NCBI GenBank assembly: GCA_963678065.2
Contig: CAXXVZ010000005.1
Span: 448,001-512,000, forward strand
DNA from: Treponemataceae bacterium
GTDB taxonomy: Bacteria > Spirochaetota > Spirochaetia > Treponematales > Rectinemataceae
Direction: 5' to 3'
DNA length: 64,000 nt
The notes below the pieces were generated by a model. It made no database searches and was not told the DNA's origin. It saw only the letters and a list, made by a program, of their open reading frames with translations. Positions 45,993 to 55,358 of this stretch are shown in pieces (position 1 is the first letter of the stretch; each line of letters starts with the position of its first letter). The translations under genes were made by a program, and so were the position numbers.

Positions 45993-46997
45993 ATGGGAAA
46001 AGCCATCGGGGCACTACAGACGGATGCGCGGCCCTCCGGCGCGGCCAGGTTCGCCGGACGCATCCTGCGACAGAGGGAGACCGGCCTCTCCGTCATCATT
46101 CTGATCATCGTCGCCCTTCTCGCCCTCGCGAGACCGACAACGTTCTTCACATCGGAAAATCTGTTCAACATCCTCAAGCAGGTGAGTCTCGTGACGATCA
46201 CGGCCATCGGGCAGACGATCGTCATGGTGTCCGGAGGCATCGACCTCTCCATCGGTTTCAGCCTCGGTCTTTCGGGCGTCCTCCTCGCCTTCTTCATCCA
46301 GCAGGGGATGGACCCGGCTCTCGCAATCGCGCTGGGCGTGGCGGCGAGCACCGCGGCGGGAGCGCTCAACGGCACTCTCGTCACGAGACTCAGGCTGCCC
46401 GCCTTCATCGTGACCCTGGGCATCGCGAAAATCACGCGGGGCGTCATGTATGTCGTAACGCGCGGATACCCGATCCCGGTGCGGACTCCTTTCATTCTCT
46501 GGCTGGGCAACGGCTACGTCGGCCCCATACCGGTGCCCACCATCCTGATGGCGGCTTTCGTGGCCGCGGGCGCCTTCCTTCTCTCCAGGACCGTCTTCGG
46601 CAACCACGTGAAGGCGATCGGCGGCAACGAGATGGCGGCAAAACTCGCCGGCATCCGCATCGCGAAGAACAAGATCGTGATATTCGGTCTGGCGGGCCTT
46701 TTGGCCGGCATCGCGGGTGTCGTGATGGTCGGCCGGGTCAGCGCCGGCAACCCGAACTCGGGGCTCAATTTCGACATGGACTCGATAGCGGCGGCCATTA
46801 TCGGCGGCACCAGCCTCTCGGGCGGCGAGGGAACGATTGTCGGAACGATGCTCGGCGCCCTGCTTCTCGGCGTGATAGGCAACGGGCTGGTGCTCATGAA
46901 TGTGAGCATGTACTGGCAGACCATCGTCGCGGGAGTGATCATCATCGCCGTCTGCGGGCTGGACGCGGCGACGCGCTCAGGCAAAAGCCGGGGCTAG
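45993..46997 (+). CDS. Monosaccharide ABC permease (RbsC-like)
   Basis: GGIDLSIG, LPAFIVTLG, AIGGNE and DSIAAAIIGG motifs. Confidence 0.92.
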   Translation: MGKAIGALQTDARPSGAARFAGRILRQRETGLSVIILIIVALLALARPTTFFTSENLFNILKQVSLVTITAIGQTIVMVSGGIDLSIGFSLGLSGVLLAFFIQQGMDPALAIALGVAASTAAGALNGTLVTRLRLPAFIVTLGIAKITRGVMYVVTRGYPIPVRTPFILWLGNGYVGPIPVPTILMAAFVAAGAFLLSRTVFGNHVKAIGGNEMAAKLAGIRIAKNKIVIFGLAGLLAGIAGVVMVGRVSAGNPNSGLNFDMDSIAAAIIGGTSLSGGEGTIVGTMLGALLLGVIGNGLVLMNVSMYWQTIVAGVIIIAVCGLDAATRSGKSRG

Positions 46998-47006
46998 GGG
47001 GCGACA

Positions 47007-48509
47007 ATGAGCGGCGAAACCGTCCTCTGCATGAAGAAGATCGGCAAGATATTTCCCGGCGTCCGGGCTCTGCGCTCCGTGGATTTCGACCTCCGCAGGG
47101 GTGAGGTCCACGGCCTCGTCGGCGAGAACGGCGCGGGGAAAAGCACCCTCATGAAGGTCCTCGGGGGCGTGTACCAGCCCGAGGAGGGAAGCATCGAGAT
47201 TGACGGCCGTCCCGCGCAGATCCGCGGACCGGGAGACTCGATCCGCGCCGGCGTGAGCGTCATCTACCAGGAGTTCAACCTCGTCCCGACACTGAGCGTC
47301 GCGGAGAACATCTTCCTCGGAAAGGAAATCGCCTCGCGCCGGGGCAGGGTGCTCGACAGAAAAAAGATGGAAGCCAAGGCGCAAGAATGTGTGGCCAGGC
47401 TCGGCCTCGCGGCGGACTGCTCGGAGCCCGTCTCCTCGCTCAGCATCGCGAGGCAGCAGGTTGTCGAAATAGCCAAGGCGCTGTTCAACGATTCGAGGAT
47501 ACTGGTCATGGACGAACCCACCGCAGTGCTGAGCCAGAAGGAATCCGCCGCCCTCTTCGACCTCATCGGTTCCCTCAGGAAAGACGGGATCTCCATCATC
47601 TTCATCTCGCACCGCCTCGAAGAGGTGATCGCGCTCTGCGACAGGATCACGGTGCTCCGCGACGGCGAGGTCGTGGATACGATCGACCAAAGCGGAGGGC
47701 GGGCGTCGAAAGACGAGCTCATCCGCTCGATGGTCGGCCGCGTTCTGAACGATTATTTCCCGGAGCCGGCGCACGCGGTCGGAAGGCAGAAGCTGCTCGA
47801 GGTGCAGGGACTGGCGAAGGAGGGGCTCTTCGACGACGTGAGCTTCGATCTCCACCCGGGCGAAATCCTGGGATTCTACGGGTTGATCGGGGCGGGACGG
47901 ACGGAGATCATGAAGACGCTGTCGGGAGCCTACCGTGCGGACCGGGGGAAGGTTTTCGTCCGCGGCCGAGGCCTGTCCACCGGCACAATCCAGGGCTCGC
48001 GGGAGGCGGGAATCGTCCTCGTGCCCGAAGACCGCAAGGCCGAAGGTCTCGTGATCGGAATGACTCTGGCCCAGAATATCGGCCTGCCCAATCTTTGCTC
48101 GCTGAGTCGGGCGGGAATCGTCAGCCGGAGAAAGGTCCGGACCCTCGTCGAGGACTGCGCGCGGTCGCTCTCGATAAGGCCGCCCGCCCCGGACAAGCGC
48201 ATGATCGATTTCTCCGGCGGCAACCAGCAGAAAGCCGTCATCGCGAAGTGGCTCGCAGGATCGCCCGAGATCATCATCTTCGACGAACCGACGCGGGGCA
48301 TAGACGTCGGCTCGAAGACGGAAATCTACCATCTCATCGAGAAGCTCGCGTCGAAGGGCGTCGGTGTCATCATCGTTTCCTCGGAACTTCTCGAGATACT
48401 CGGCATGTGCGACAGGATCATCGTGATCCACGAGGGCCGGGTCACGGGTCGCTTCGACCGGAGCGAGGCGAGCCAGGAGCTTGTGGTGCGGGCGGCCGTG
48501 GGCGCCTGA
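47007..48509 (+). CDS. Monosaccharide ABC ATP-binding protein (RbsA-like)
   Basis: [17 protein letters not shown] and [10 protein letters not shown] motifs. Confidence 0.95.
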   Translation: MSGETVLCMKKIGKIFPGVRALRSVDFDLRRGEVHGLVGENGAGKSTLMKVLGGVYQPEEGSIEIDGRPAQIRGPGDSIRAGVSVIYQEFNLVPTLSVAENIFLGKEIASRRGRVLDRKKMEAKAQECVARLGLAADCSEPVSSLSIARQQVVEIAKALFNDSRILVMDEPTAVLSQKESAALFDLIGSLRKDGISIIFISHRLEEVIALCDRITVLRDGEVVDTIDQSGGRASKDELIRSMVGRVLNDYFPEPAHAVGRQKLLEVQGLAKEGLFDDVSFDLHPGEILGFYGLIGAGRTEIMKTLSGAYRADRGKVFVRGRGLSTGTIQGSREAGIVLVPEDRKAEGLVIGMTLAQNIGLPNLCSLSRAGIVSRRKVRTLVEDCARSLSIRPPAPDKRMIDFSGGNQQKAVIAKWLAGSPEIIIFDEPTRGIDVGSKTEIYHLIEKLASKGVGVIIVSSELLEILGMCDRIIVIHEGRVTGRFDRSEASQELVVRAAVGA

Positions 48510-48580
48510 AGACGGGCCCGCGGTTCGCGCGGCATGAGGGCGCGATTGACGGAGAGGGAGGTGGTGCTATACTGCTCTGC

Positions 48581-50455
48581 GTGGAAGACGAAGGTCGCGC
48601 GGGAAAGCCCCCTGTCCCCGAAGCGGAGCCCCGCGGCGGCCGGCAAAGTCGCGCGGGCGCGGCGAATCTTTTCGCGCGGCTGCGCACGAGTCTCCGCGCG
48701 AGGATCCTCATAATTTCCGCGATTCTCGCCACCATCCCGCTCGGAGTGGTGGGCATCGTGTCCTACTCTCTCGCCCGCTCCGCGATACGCGACAACGCCC
48801 TCAACAACGCCGTCCAGCTCGCCGGCCAGATCAACCGGAGCGTCAGCCTCGTGTTCAAGGACACGGAAAAACTCCTCAGAATCGGGAAGAGCGAGAGCGC
48901 CATAGGTTTCGTCAATCCCTATCTCCGCTCGGAAGAGACGCTGTACAACTCGGCCATGGACCTCATCGGCCTCTTCAAACTGTTCCGCGGCGTGTACGAG
49001 TCGGATCGCTACATCGAGGGAATCTACGTTCTCGGGCTGGACGGTGCCTGCCTGAGCGAGCGGGACGGCCGCTATGTCCCGGGCGCGGACCTGCGGAAGA
49101 TACCGACGGTCGCCTCCATCCTCTCGACCCCCGGGAAAATCCATTACATACCGAACAGAGTCATAGACTATGCGCCCGATCCGGGCTACCGGAACGTCAT
49201 CTCGGTCGGCACCGCCATCGTGAGGCCTTCCACGAAGGAAGTTTTCGGCGTGATCATCGTCGACCTCGACGGCGCCGCGGTCGAGGAAATAAGCGGCAAC
49301 GCCTCGATCGGGGAGACCGGAAGCTTCGCGATCATCGACGCCGGCGGCCAGCCCGTGTTTCCCTGGAACGCCGCGCCGGAACCGGCCGCTTCCTTCCGTG
49401 CCGTTCCCGGACTCGCCGACTCCGGCCACCTCTTCCTCGGCACAGGCGTAAACGAAGAACTCATCGTCTACAACACGCTCGAGAATTCCGGATGGAAAAT
49501 CGCCGGGCGCGCGCGGGTGAGCGAGCTCATGCGCGGGGCCTACTACATCAGGGCTGTCACCTTCGCCCTCGTCGGCGCCTGCGTGCTCTGCGTGATCATC
49601 CTGTACTTCTTCATCTCGGGGGCGCTCACCCACCCGCTCCGGGACCTGAAGGAAAAAATGAAACAGGCTGAATCCGGCGATCTCGAGGTGCGGGCCTTCA
49701 GCCCGAACCGGGATGAAGTCGCGGAACTCTGCCACAGTTTCAACGTCATGATCGCGAAGCTCAAGGAGCTCATGGAGAAGACCGCCCGGGAGCAGGACGA
49801 GCTGAAGAAAGCCGAGCTGAAGGCGCTGCAGGCCCAGATCAACCCGCACTTCCTGTACAACACGCTGGACGCGATCATCTGGATGACCGAATCCAACAAC
49901 CGGGCCGATGTAGTCCGCATAACCAAGACACTCTCGACGTTCTTCAGACTGGTCCTGAGCAAGGGCGAGGAGTGGATCAGGGTCGCGGACGAAATGGAGC
50001 ATGTGCGGAGCTACCTCGACATCCAGCAGTTCCGCTACCGCGACATTCTCGAGTATTCCATCGAGCTGGACGGGGATCTCGCGTCGAAGCGCATCCTGAA
50101 ACTCACCCTCCAGCCCATCGTCGAGAACGCCATCTACCACGGAATAAAAAACAGGCGCGGAGGAGGATGTGTCCGCGTCACGGGACAGAACAGGCACGAC
50201 GGATCGATGGTCTTCGAGGTGTCGGACGACGGCCCCGGCATGGACCCCGAAAAACTCGGGCGGATCCGCGAGGCGATGGAATCGGAGTTCGCGGCGGAAG
50301 GTCTGCCGCCGGACCACCCCGGCGGGTACGGCCTCAGGAACGTGAATCAGCGCGTCAAACTATACTACGGCAGACAGTGGGGAGTCGGGATCGAGAGCGT
50401 TTCGGGATCGGGAACGCGCGTGACCCTGCGTCTTCCGGTGATGGAGCAGCAATGA
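48581..50455 (+). CDS. YesM/LytS-type sensor histidine kinase (Cache + HAMP); start uncertain
   Basis: Two TM helices, LQAQINPHFLYNTL, LQPIVENAIYHG and GYGLRNV. The GTG at 48581 follows TTGACG..TATACT. Confidence 0.9.
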   Translation: MEDEGRAGKPPVPEAEPRGGRQSRAGAANLFARLRTSLRARILIISAILATIPLGVVGIVSYSLARSAIRDNALNNAVQLAGQINRSVSLVFKDTEKLLRIGKSESAIGFVNPYLRSEETLYNSAMDLIGLFKLFRGVYESDRYIEGIYVLGLDGACLSERDGRYVPGADLRKIPTVASILSTPGKIHYIPNRVIDYAPDPGYRNVISVGTAIVRPSTKEVFGVIIVDLDGAAVEEISGNASIGETGSFAIIDAGGQPVFPWNAAPEPAASFRAVPGLADSGHLFLGTGVNEELIVYNTLENSGWKIAGRARVSELMRGAYYIRAVTFALVGACVLCVIILYFFISGALTHPLRDLKEKMKQAESGDLEVRAFSPNRDEVAELCHSFNVMIAKLKELMEKTAREQDELKKAELKALQAQINPHFLYNTLDAIIWMTESNNRADVVRITKTLSTFFRLVLSKGEEWIRVADEMEHVRSYLDIQQFRYRDILEYSIELDGDLASKRILKLTLQPIVENAIYHGIKNRRGGGCVRVTGQNRHDGSMVFEVSDDGPGMDPEKLGRIREAMESEFAAEGLPPDHPGGYGLRNVNQRVKLYYGRQWGVGIESVSGSGTRVTLRLPVMEQQ

Positions 50456-52149
50456 TCAAGGTTTTTCTCGTCGAGGACGAGATCGTCGCGAGAGAGGGCA
50501 TCCGCGAGAGCCCCCTGTGGTCGCTCGGGGAGTTCGAACTGGCGGGCGAAGCCTGGGACGGGGAGATGGCCCTGCCCCTCATAGAAGAAACACGGCCCGA
50601 CATCCTCGTCACCGACATCAAAATGCCGTTTATGGACGGCCTCGAGCTGAGCAGGATCGTCCGGGCGACTTATCCCTGGATCAAGATCATCGTGATAAGC
50701 GGCTACGAGGAATTCTCCCTGGCCCGCCGGGCAATCAGCTCCTCGGTGATCGACTACCTGCTCAAGCCGATCTGCAGCGAGGATCTTCTGGTCGTCCTGC
50801 GCAAGGCCGCCGATATCATCGAGACGGAAGCGCGCGAGCGCGAGCGGGTCGACGATCTGGGACGGCGGGCGCGCTCAGGCGCGCAGTTCATGGCGGAGCG
50901 GCTCTACGCCGACCTTCTGACCGGACTCGTGCCCTCGGCCGAGGCCATAGAAAGGGCGAAATCGCTCTCTATCGACATTCTGGCGCGCCACTACATGGTC
51001 GCGGTCATCACCCCCCTGCCGGGCGAAACGCGCGATCCCGCGAGGCGCTACACCGAGTACCTGAAGGCCGATCACATCATAGAGGACGCGCTGGAAGGCA
51101 ACCCTTCGGTAGTCAGGATCGGATCGGATCTCTCGAAGACGATCCTCGTCTTCAGGGACGACGATCCCGAACGCCTCGGCTCTTTCGGTTATTCGATCTG
51201 CCACTCCATCAAGTACGAGGTCGAACGCAAGACTTCCTGCACGCTCGCCATAAGCATCGGCGGGGTCCGGGAACGAGTCCAGGGCATCGCGGAATCCTAC
51301 GCCCAGGCGCAGTCGGCCGGCCGATTCGACTACATCTTCGGCCCTGAGCAGATAATCGGCATCGCCGACACACAGCGGATCAAACTGGGCGATCCCGTCG
51401 GCTCTCCTTCCCCGGCGACGCCGGAGACGATGCAAAGCGGAACGACGCCGGCCGGGGCGCTGCCCGGCACAGCGCTGTCGTTCCCGGCAGGGTCGGGGAC
51501 AGAGATAATCGAAACGCTCCGGAGAGGACAGAGGCAGGACGCGGGCAGCCTCGTCGATGGATTTCTTTCGGGGATCGATGCCGGGACCGCGAGTCCGCTC
51601 CTGCGCTGCCACGCCATCGTGGATCTCTACGTTTCGATCGCAAAGTTTTTCGGGGAGATCGGCGGCGCGGCGGAGGCGACTCCGAAAGACCTCGTCGCGC
51701 TCGAGGAAATCCTCGCGCGTACGGACAGGGCGGCGCTGCGGGGCTTCCTCGTCTCGGCCGTAGACCGGGCTTTCTGTCAGCGGGATCTCAGGAGGGAAGA
51801 TCGCTACGGCGACCTGATCGACCGCGCAAAACGCTGCATCGCCGAGCGGTACGCTGACCCCGATTTCTCCCTCAACGCCGTCGCCGAGGCGGTGAACGTG
51901 AGCCCGAGCCACTTTTCGACGATCTTCAGCGGCGAGACGAGAGTGACCTTCATCGAGTACCTCATCCGCACCAGAATCGACAAGGCAAAAGAACGGCTGA
52001 AGACGACCTCGATGCGCTCTTCCGAGATAGCCTACGAGGTCGGCTACAAAGATCCTCACTATTTCAGCTACATCTTCAAGGCCAAGACGGGAATGTCTCC
52101 AACGGAATTCCGCGAGGGGAAACCGGCGCCTGCCTCAGGCCATGCCTGA
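50452..52149 (+). CDS. YesN-type response regulator (REC + AraC HTH)
   Basis: MIKVFLVEDE, TDIKMP and EVGYKDPHYFSYIFK motifs. Confidence 0.94.
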   Translation: MIKVFLVEDEIVAREGIRESPLWSLGEFELAGEAWDGEMALPLIEETRPDILVTDIKMPFMDGLELSRIVRATYPWIKIIVISGYEEFSLARRAISSSVIDYLLKPICSEDLLVVLRKAADIIETEARERERVDDLGRRARSGAQFMAERLYADLLTGLVPSAEAIERAKSLSIDILARHYMVAVITPLPGETRDPARRYTEYLKADHIIEDALEGNPSVVRIGSDLSKTILVFRDDDPERLGSFGYSICHSIKYEVERKTSCTLAISIGGVRERVQGIAESYAQAQSAGRFDYIFGPEQIIGIADTQRIKLGDPVGSPSPATPETMQSGTTPAGALPGTALSFPAGSGTEIIETLRRGQRQDAGSLVDGFLSGIDAGTASPLLRCHAIVDLYVSIAKFFGEIGGAAEATPKDLVALEEILARTDRAALRGFLVSAVDRAFCQRDLRREDRYGDLIDRAKRCIAERYADPDFSLNAVAEAVNVSPSHFSTIFSGETRVTFIEYLIRTRIDKAKERLKTTSMRSSEIAYEVGYKDPHYFSYIFKAKTGMSPTEFREGKPAPASGHA

Positions 52150-52157
52150 TCGCGCGA

Positions 52158-53480
52158 TCAGCAGGCCGCGAGAGCCCGGTCCAGGTCCGCGATGATGTCC
52201 GCGATGTCCTCGAGGCCGACCGAGAGGCGGATGAGGTCGGCTGTGACGCCGCACTCGTCGAGCTGCGCTTCCGTGAGCTGGGAGTGGGTCGTCGTAGCGG
52301 GGTGGATGGCGAGGGACTTGGCATCTCCCACGTTGGCCACGTGGGAGAAGAGGCGCAGGTTTTCGATGAAGCGCCCGCCCGCGGCGCGGCTTTCCGCCTG
52401 AGTCACGCCCCTCACGCCGAAGACGACCATGCCGCCCGAGCCCTTCGGCAGAATCCGCGAGGCGAGGCCGAAGGAGGGATCGCCCTCGAGGCCGGGGTGG
52501 CGGACCCAGGCGACCTTGGGGTGGCTCTTCAGGTGCTTCGCGACCGCGAGGGCGTTCTCCGAGTGCAGGGGCATGCGCACGTGGAGCGTCTCGAGACCCT
52601 GGAGGAAGATCCAGGCGTTGTCGGGCGAGAGGCAGGCGCCCAGGTTGCGCAGGGGCACGGTCCTGAAGCGCAGCGCGAAGGCGATTTTCGCCGATTCGGG
52701 CGGGAGGTCCAGGGCCCAGCGCATCCCGTGGTAGTTCTTGTCGGGCCTGGTGTAGAGATCGAATTTCGGGTCCGACCAGTCGAATGTACCTGCGTCGGTC
52801 GCGATGCCGCCGATGGCTGTCCCGTGCCCGCCCATCCACTTCGTGAGCGAGTTGACTACGACATCCGCGCCCAGCCCGATCGCCCGGAGGAGGTAGGGTG
52901 TCGTGAAGGTCGCGTCGACGACGAGGGGGAGGTGGTGCCGCTTCGCGACCGCCGAGATGGCCTCGATGTCGGCGAGGTCGAGACTCGGGTTGCCGATGGT
53001 CTCGAGGTAGAAAAGGCGGGTTTTCGGCGTGACGGCGCGCGAAAAGGATTCCGGGTCGCGTATGTCCGCGAAGCGGGTCGTGATGCCGAGGTCGGGAAGG
53101 ATGGCGTCGAACATCGTGTAGGTCCCTCCGTAGAGGTTGGCGGCCGAGACGATCTCGTCTCCGGCGCGCGCGATGTTGATGACCGCGTAGAAGATGGCGC
53201 TCGTGCCCGAAGCGACGGCGACGGACGCCGCCCCGCCCTCAAGCTCGGTGACGCGCTTTTCGAGCATCTCGACGGTGGGATTGCCGAGGCGCGAGTAGAT
53301 GTTGCCGGACTCCCTGAGGGCGAAGAGATTCGCCGCGTGCTCAGCGTTCCGGAAGGTGAAGGCGCTCGTCCGGTAGAGGGGAGCCGCCCGGGAGAAGGTC
53401 ACCGGGTCGGGCTCGTGGCCCGAATGGATCGCGCTCGTGCCGAAACCGCGCGCCTCACCTGTCTCTTTCTGTCCGCCCAT
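52158..53480 (-). CDS. metY: O-acetylhomoserine sulfhydrylase
   Basis: NIYSRLGNPT, SLTKWMGGHG (PLP Lys) and ANVGDAKSLAIHPATTTHSQL motifs. Confidence 0.93.
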   Translation of the reverse strand: MGGQKETGEARGFGTSAIHSGHEPDPVTFSRAAPLYRTSAFTFRNAEHAANLFALRESGNIYSRLGNPTVEMLEKRVTELEGGAASVAVASGTSAIFYAVINIARAGDEIVSAANLYGGTYTMFDAILPDLGITTRFADIRDPESFSRAVTPKTRLFYLETIGNPSLDLADIEAISAVAKRHHLPLVVDATFTTPYLLRAIGLGADVVVNSLTKWMGGHGTAIGGIATDAGTFDWSDPKFDLYTRPDKNYHGMRWALDLPPESAKIAFALRFRTVPLRNLGACLSPDNAWIFLQGLETLHVRMPLHSENALAVAKHLKSHPKVAWVRHPGLEGDPSFGLASRILPKGSGGMVVFGVRGVTQAESRAAGGRFIENLRLFSHVANVGDAKSLAIHPATTTHSQLTEAQLDECGVTADLIRLSVGLEDIADIIADLDRALAAC

Positions 53481-53512
53481 GTTCTCCTCCCCTTGCCGTT
53501 TTTTCAAACATA

Positions 53513-53527
53513 TACCACACTGTGGTA
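53513..53527. promoter_or_regulatory. Perfect palindrome in the 50-bp divergent metY/HTH promoter
   Basis: TACCACA-C-TGTGGTA. Confidence 0.75.
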
Positions 53528-53530
53528 GTC

Positions 53531-54088
53531 ATGCAAGACAGCCCTAAAACGGAAACCAGGATGACCGGAGAAGAATTTTCCCGCCTGCGCAAGCTCCTCG
53601 GAAAGAGCCAGAAGGAGCTGGCGGACATTCTCGGCATTTCCCGGAAGGCCGTGGAGAGCTACGGACAGGGCTGGCGCAAGGTTCCGGCCAACACGGAGCG
53701 CATGCTCTATTTTCTCCTCTTCAAGCTGAGAGGATCCCTCCTCGTCGGGACGGGCGCCTGCTGGGAGATTCGCTCCTGTCCGGATGCCGCGCGACAATCC
53801 TGCATGACCTGGCTCGCGCAGGAAGGCCACTTCTGTTGGTTCTTCACGGGGCGCCTGTGCGCCGCGCGCAGAACCGGCCTGCCGGAAAATCTGTCTGCCC
53901 GCAGCCGGGATCACCAGCAGACAGGGACAGCCTCCGGCGACGAGCTCTCGCCCTGCCGCGACTGTTCCGTCTTCAGGGGAATGATCGATCTCATCCGCGA
54001 AGCCGACGTCGGCGCAGAAGCCGTCGCTGTGGCCGCTGCGGCCACTCCCGCCGCCAGTATCCATATCCACACCGAACCCGGACGCTGA
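53531..54088 (+). CDS. XRE-type HTH regulator fused to a Cys-rich 'two-CW'-like domain
   Basis: [30 protein letters not shown], then [27 protein letters not shown] (7 Cys). Confidence 0.82.
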   Translation: MQDSPKTETRMTGEEFSRLRKLLGKSQKELADILGISRKAVESYGQGWRKVPANTERMLYFLLFKLRGSLLVGTGACWEIRSCPDAARQSCMTWLAQEGHFCWFFTGRLCAARRTGLPENLSARSRDHQQTGTASGDELSPCRDCSVFRGMIDLIREADVGAEAVAVAAAATPAASIHIHTEPGR

Positions 54089-54117
54089 AGTCGTCGTCAT
54101 ACAGAAGGAGCCACAGA

Positions 54118-55059
54118 ATGCCCGTAAAAATCCCGAACGATCTGCCCGCCGCGACCACCCTGGCACAGGAAGGCATCTTCGTCATGACGGCCGAAAGGGC
54201 CATCCACCAGGACATCCGCCCCCTGCGCATCGCCGTCCTCAATCTCATGCCGACCAAAATCGTCACCGAGACGCAGCTCCTTCGCCTCCTGTCCAATTCG
54301 CCCATCCAGCTCGACATCACCTTCATCCGCATGGGGAGCCACGAATCGAGGAACACGCCCACTGAGCATCTGGAAGCCTTCTACGAGCCCCTCGACCGGA
54401 TCCTGCACGAGAGGTTCGACGGCCTCATCGTCACCGGCGCCCCTGTCGAAACCCTCGAATTCGAGGAAGTGGACTACTGGGAGGAACTCGTCAGGCTCAT
54501 GGAGTGGTCCAAGACCAATGTCTGGTCCACGCTCCACGTCTGCTGGGGCGCCCAGGCCGGCCTCTACCACCACTACGGCATCAAAAAGCACCCCGTTCCG
54601 GCAAAGGTTTTCGGCGTGTTCCGCCACGAGGTGCTGGAAGCCCGCGAGCCCCTTCTCCGGGGATTCGACGAGGTCTTCCTCGCGCCCCATTCGCGCCACA
54701 CTGAAGTCCTGCAAAAGGACATCGCGGCGACGCCCGGGCTCCGCCTCCTCGCGGTCTCCGACGAGGCCGGCGTCTACATGGCGGTATCCGGGGACGGGCG
54801 GCGCGTATTCGTGACCGGCCACCCCGAATACGACAGGCTGACCTTGAAGGCCGAATACGACCGCGACGTCGCGAAGGGACTCCCCATCGCCGTGCCCGTC
54901 AACTATTACCCGGACGACGATCCCGGGCGCAACCCACTCATGACCTGGCGCGCCCACGCCCACCTCCTGTACTCGAACTGGCTCAACTACTACGTCTACC
55001 AGGCGACACCCTTCGACCTCGATGAGCTGCCCGCCACGGAGACGCCCTTCGCGAGGTAA
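54118..55059 (+). CDS. metA: MetA-family homoserine O-acyltransferase, predicted acetyl-CoA specific
   Basis: LNLMPTK, TGAPVE (Glu at the specificity position), VCWGAQA and TGHPEY motifs. Confidence 0.94.
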   Translation: MPVKIPNDLPAATTLAQEGIFVMTAERAIHQDIRPLRIAVLNLMPTKIVTETQLLRLLSNSPIQLDITFIRMGSHESRNTPTEHLEAFYEPLDRILHERFDGLIVTGAPVETLEFEEVDYWEELVRLMEWSKTNVWSTLHVCWGAQAGLYHHYGIKKHPVPAKVFGVFRHEVLEAREPLLRGFDEVFLAPHSRHTEVLQKDIAATPGLRLLAVSDEAGVYMAVSGDGRRVFVTGHPEYDRLTLKAEYDRDVAKGLPIAVPVNYYPDDDPGRNPLMTWRAHAHLLYSNWLNYYVYQATPFDLDELPATETPFAR

Positions 55060-55358
55060 ATCCGGTATGATACTGGCGCCGCGGCCGGGCGATGACTCCT
55101 TCCTTCGGTTAGATTTCTGGATGAGGCAACACGCTCCGGAGCGGGCGGGCGGCCTTCCGGTTGGGGAGGCTTGCCGGGTCCATCATTGACTTCTCCTCCT
55201 CCCCGATGAAATATAATCAGCACGTCTTCCGGGACGGAGACCACGGCGGGAGGAGAAGCAGATGTTCCTCGTTTCTTTGGTGGCAGCCTTCGGGAAAGAC
55301 TACCTGCCCGCGCTCCAGTCAGACTTCGGGCTCTCCGGCGGGAACGGGACACCGGATC

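Noticed and set aside
47387..48580. N-terminal extensions in the ORF track (1022-aa kinase; likewise 44871, 38695, 49972, 14721, 20563, 53836)
   Set aside because: They overlap upstream real genes in another frame, so starts were reassigned from domain boundaries and RBS positions.
53481..53530. SAM riboswitch or T-box upstream of metY/metA
   Set aside because: The intergenic space is only 50 bp (29 bp before metA) and has no consensus elements.
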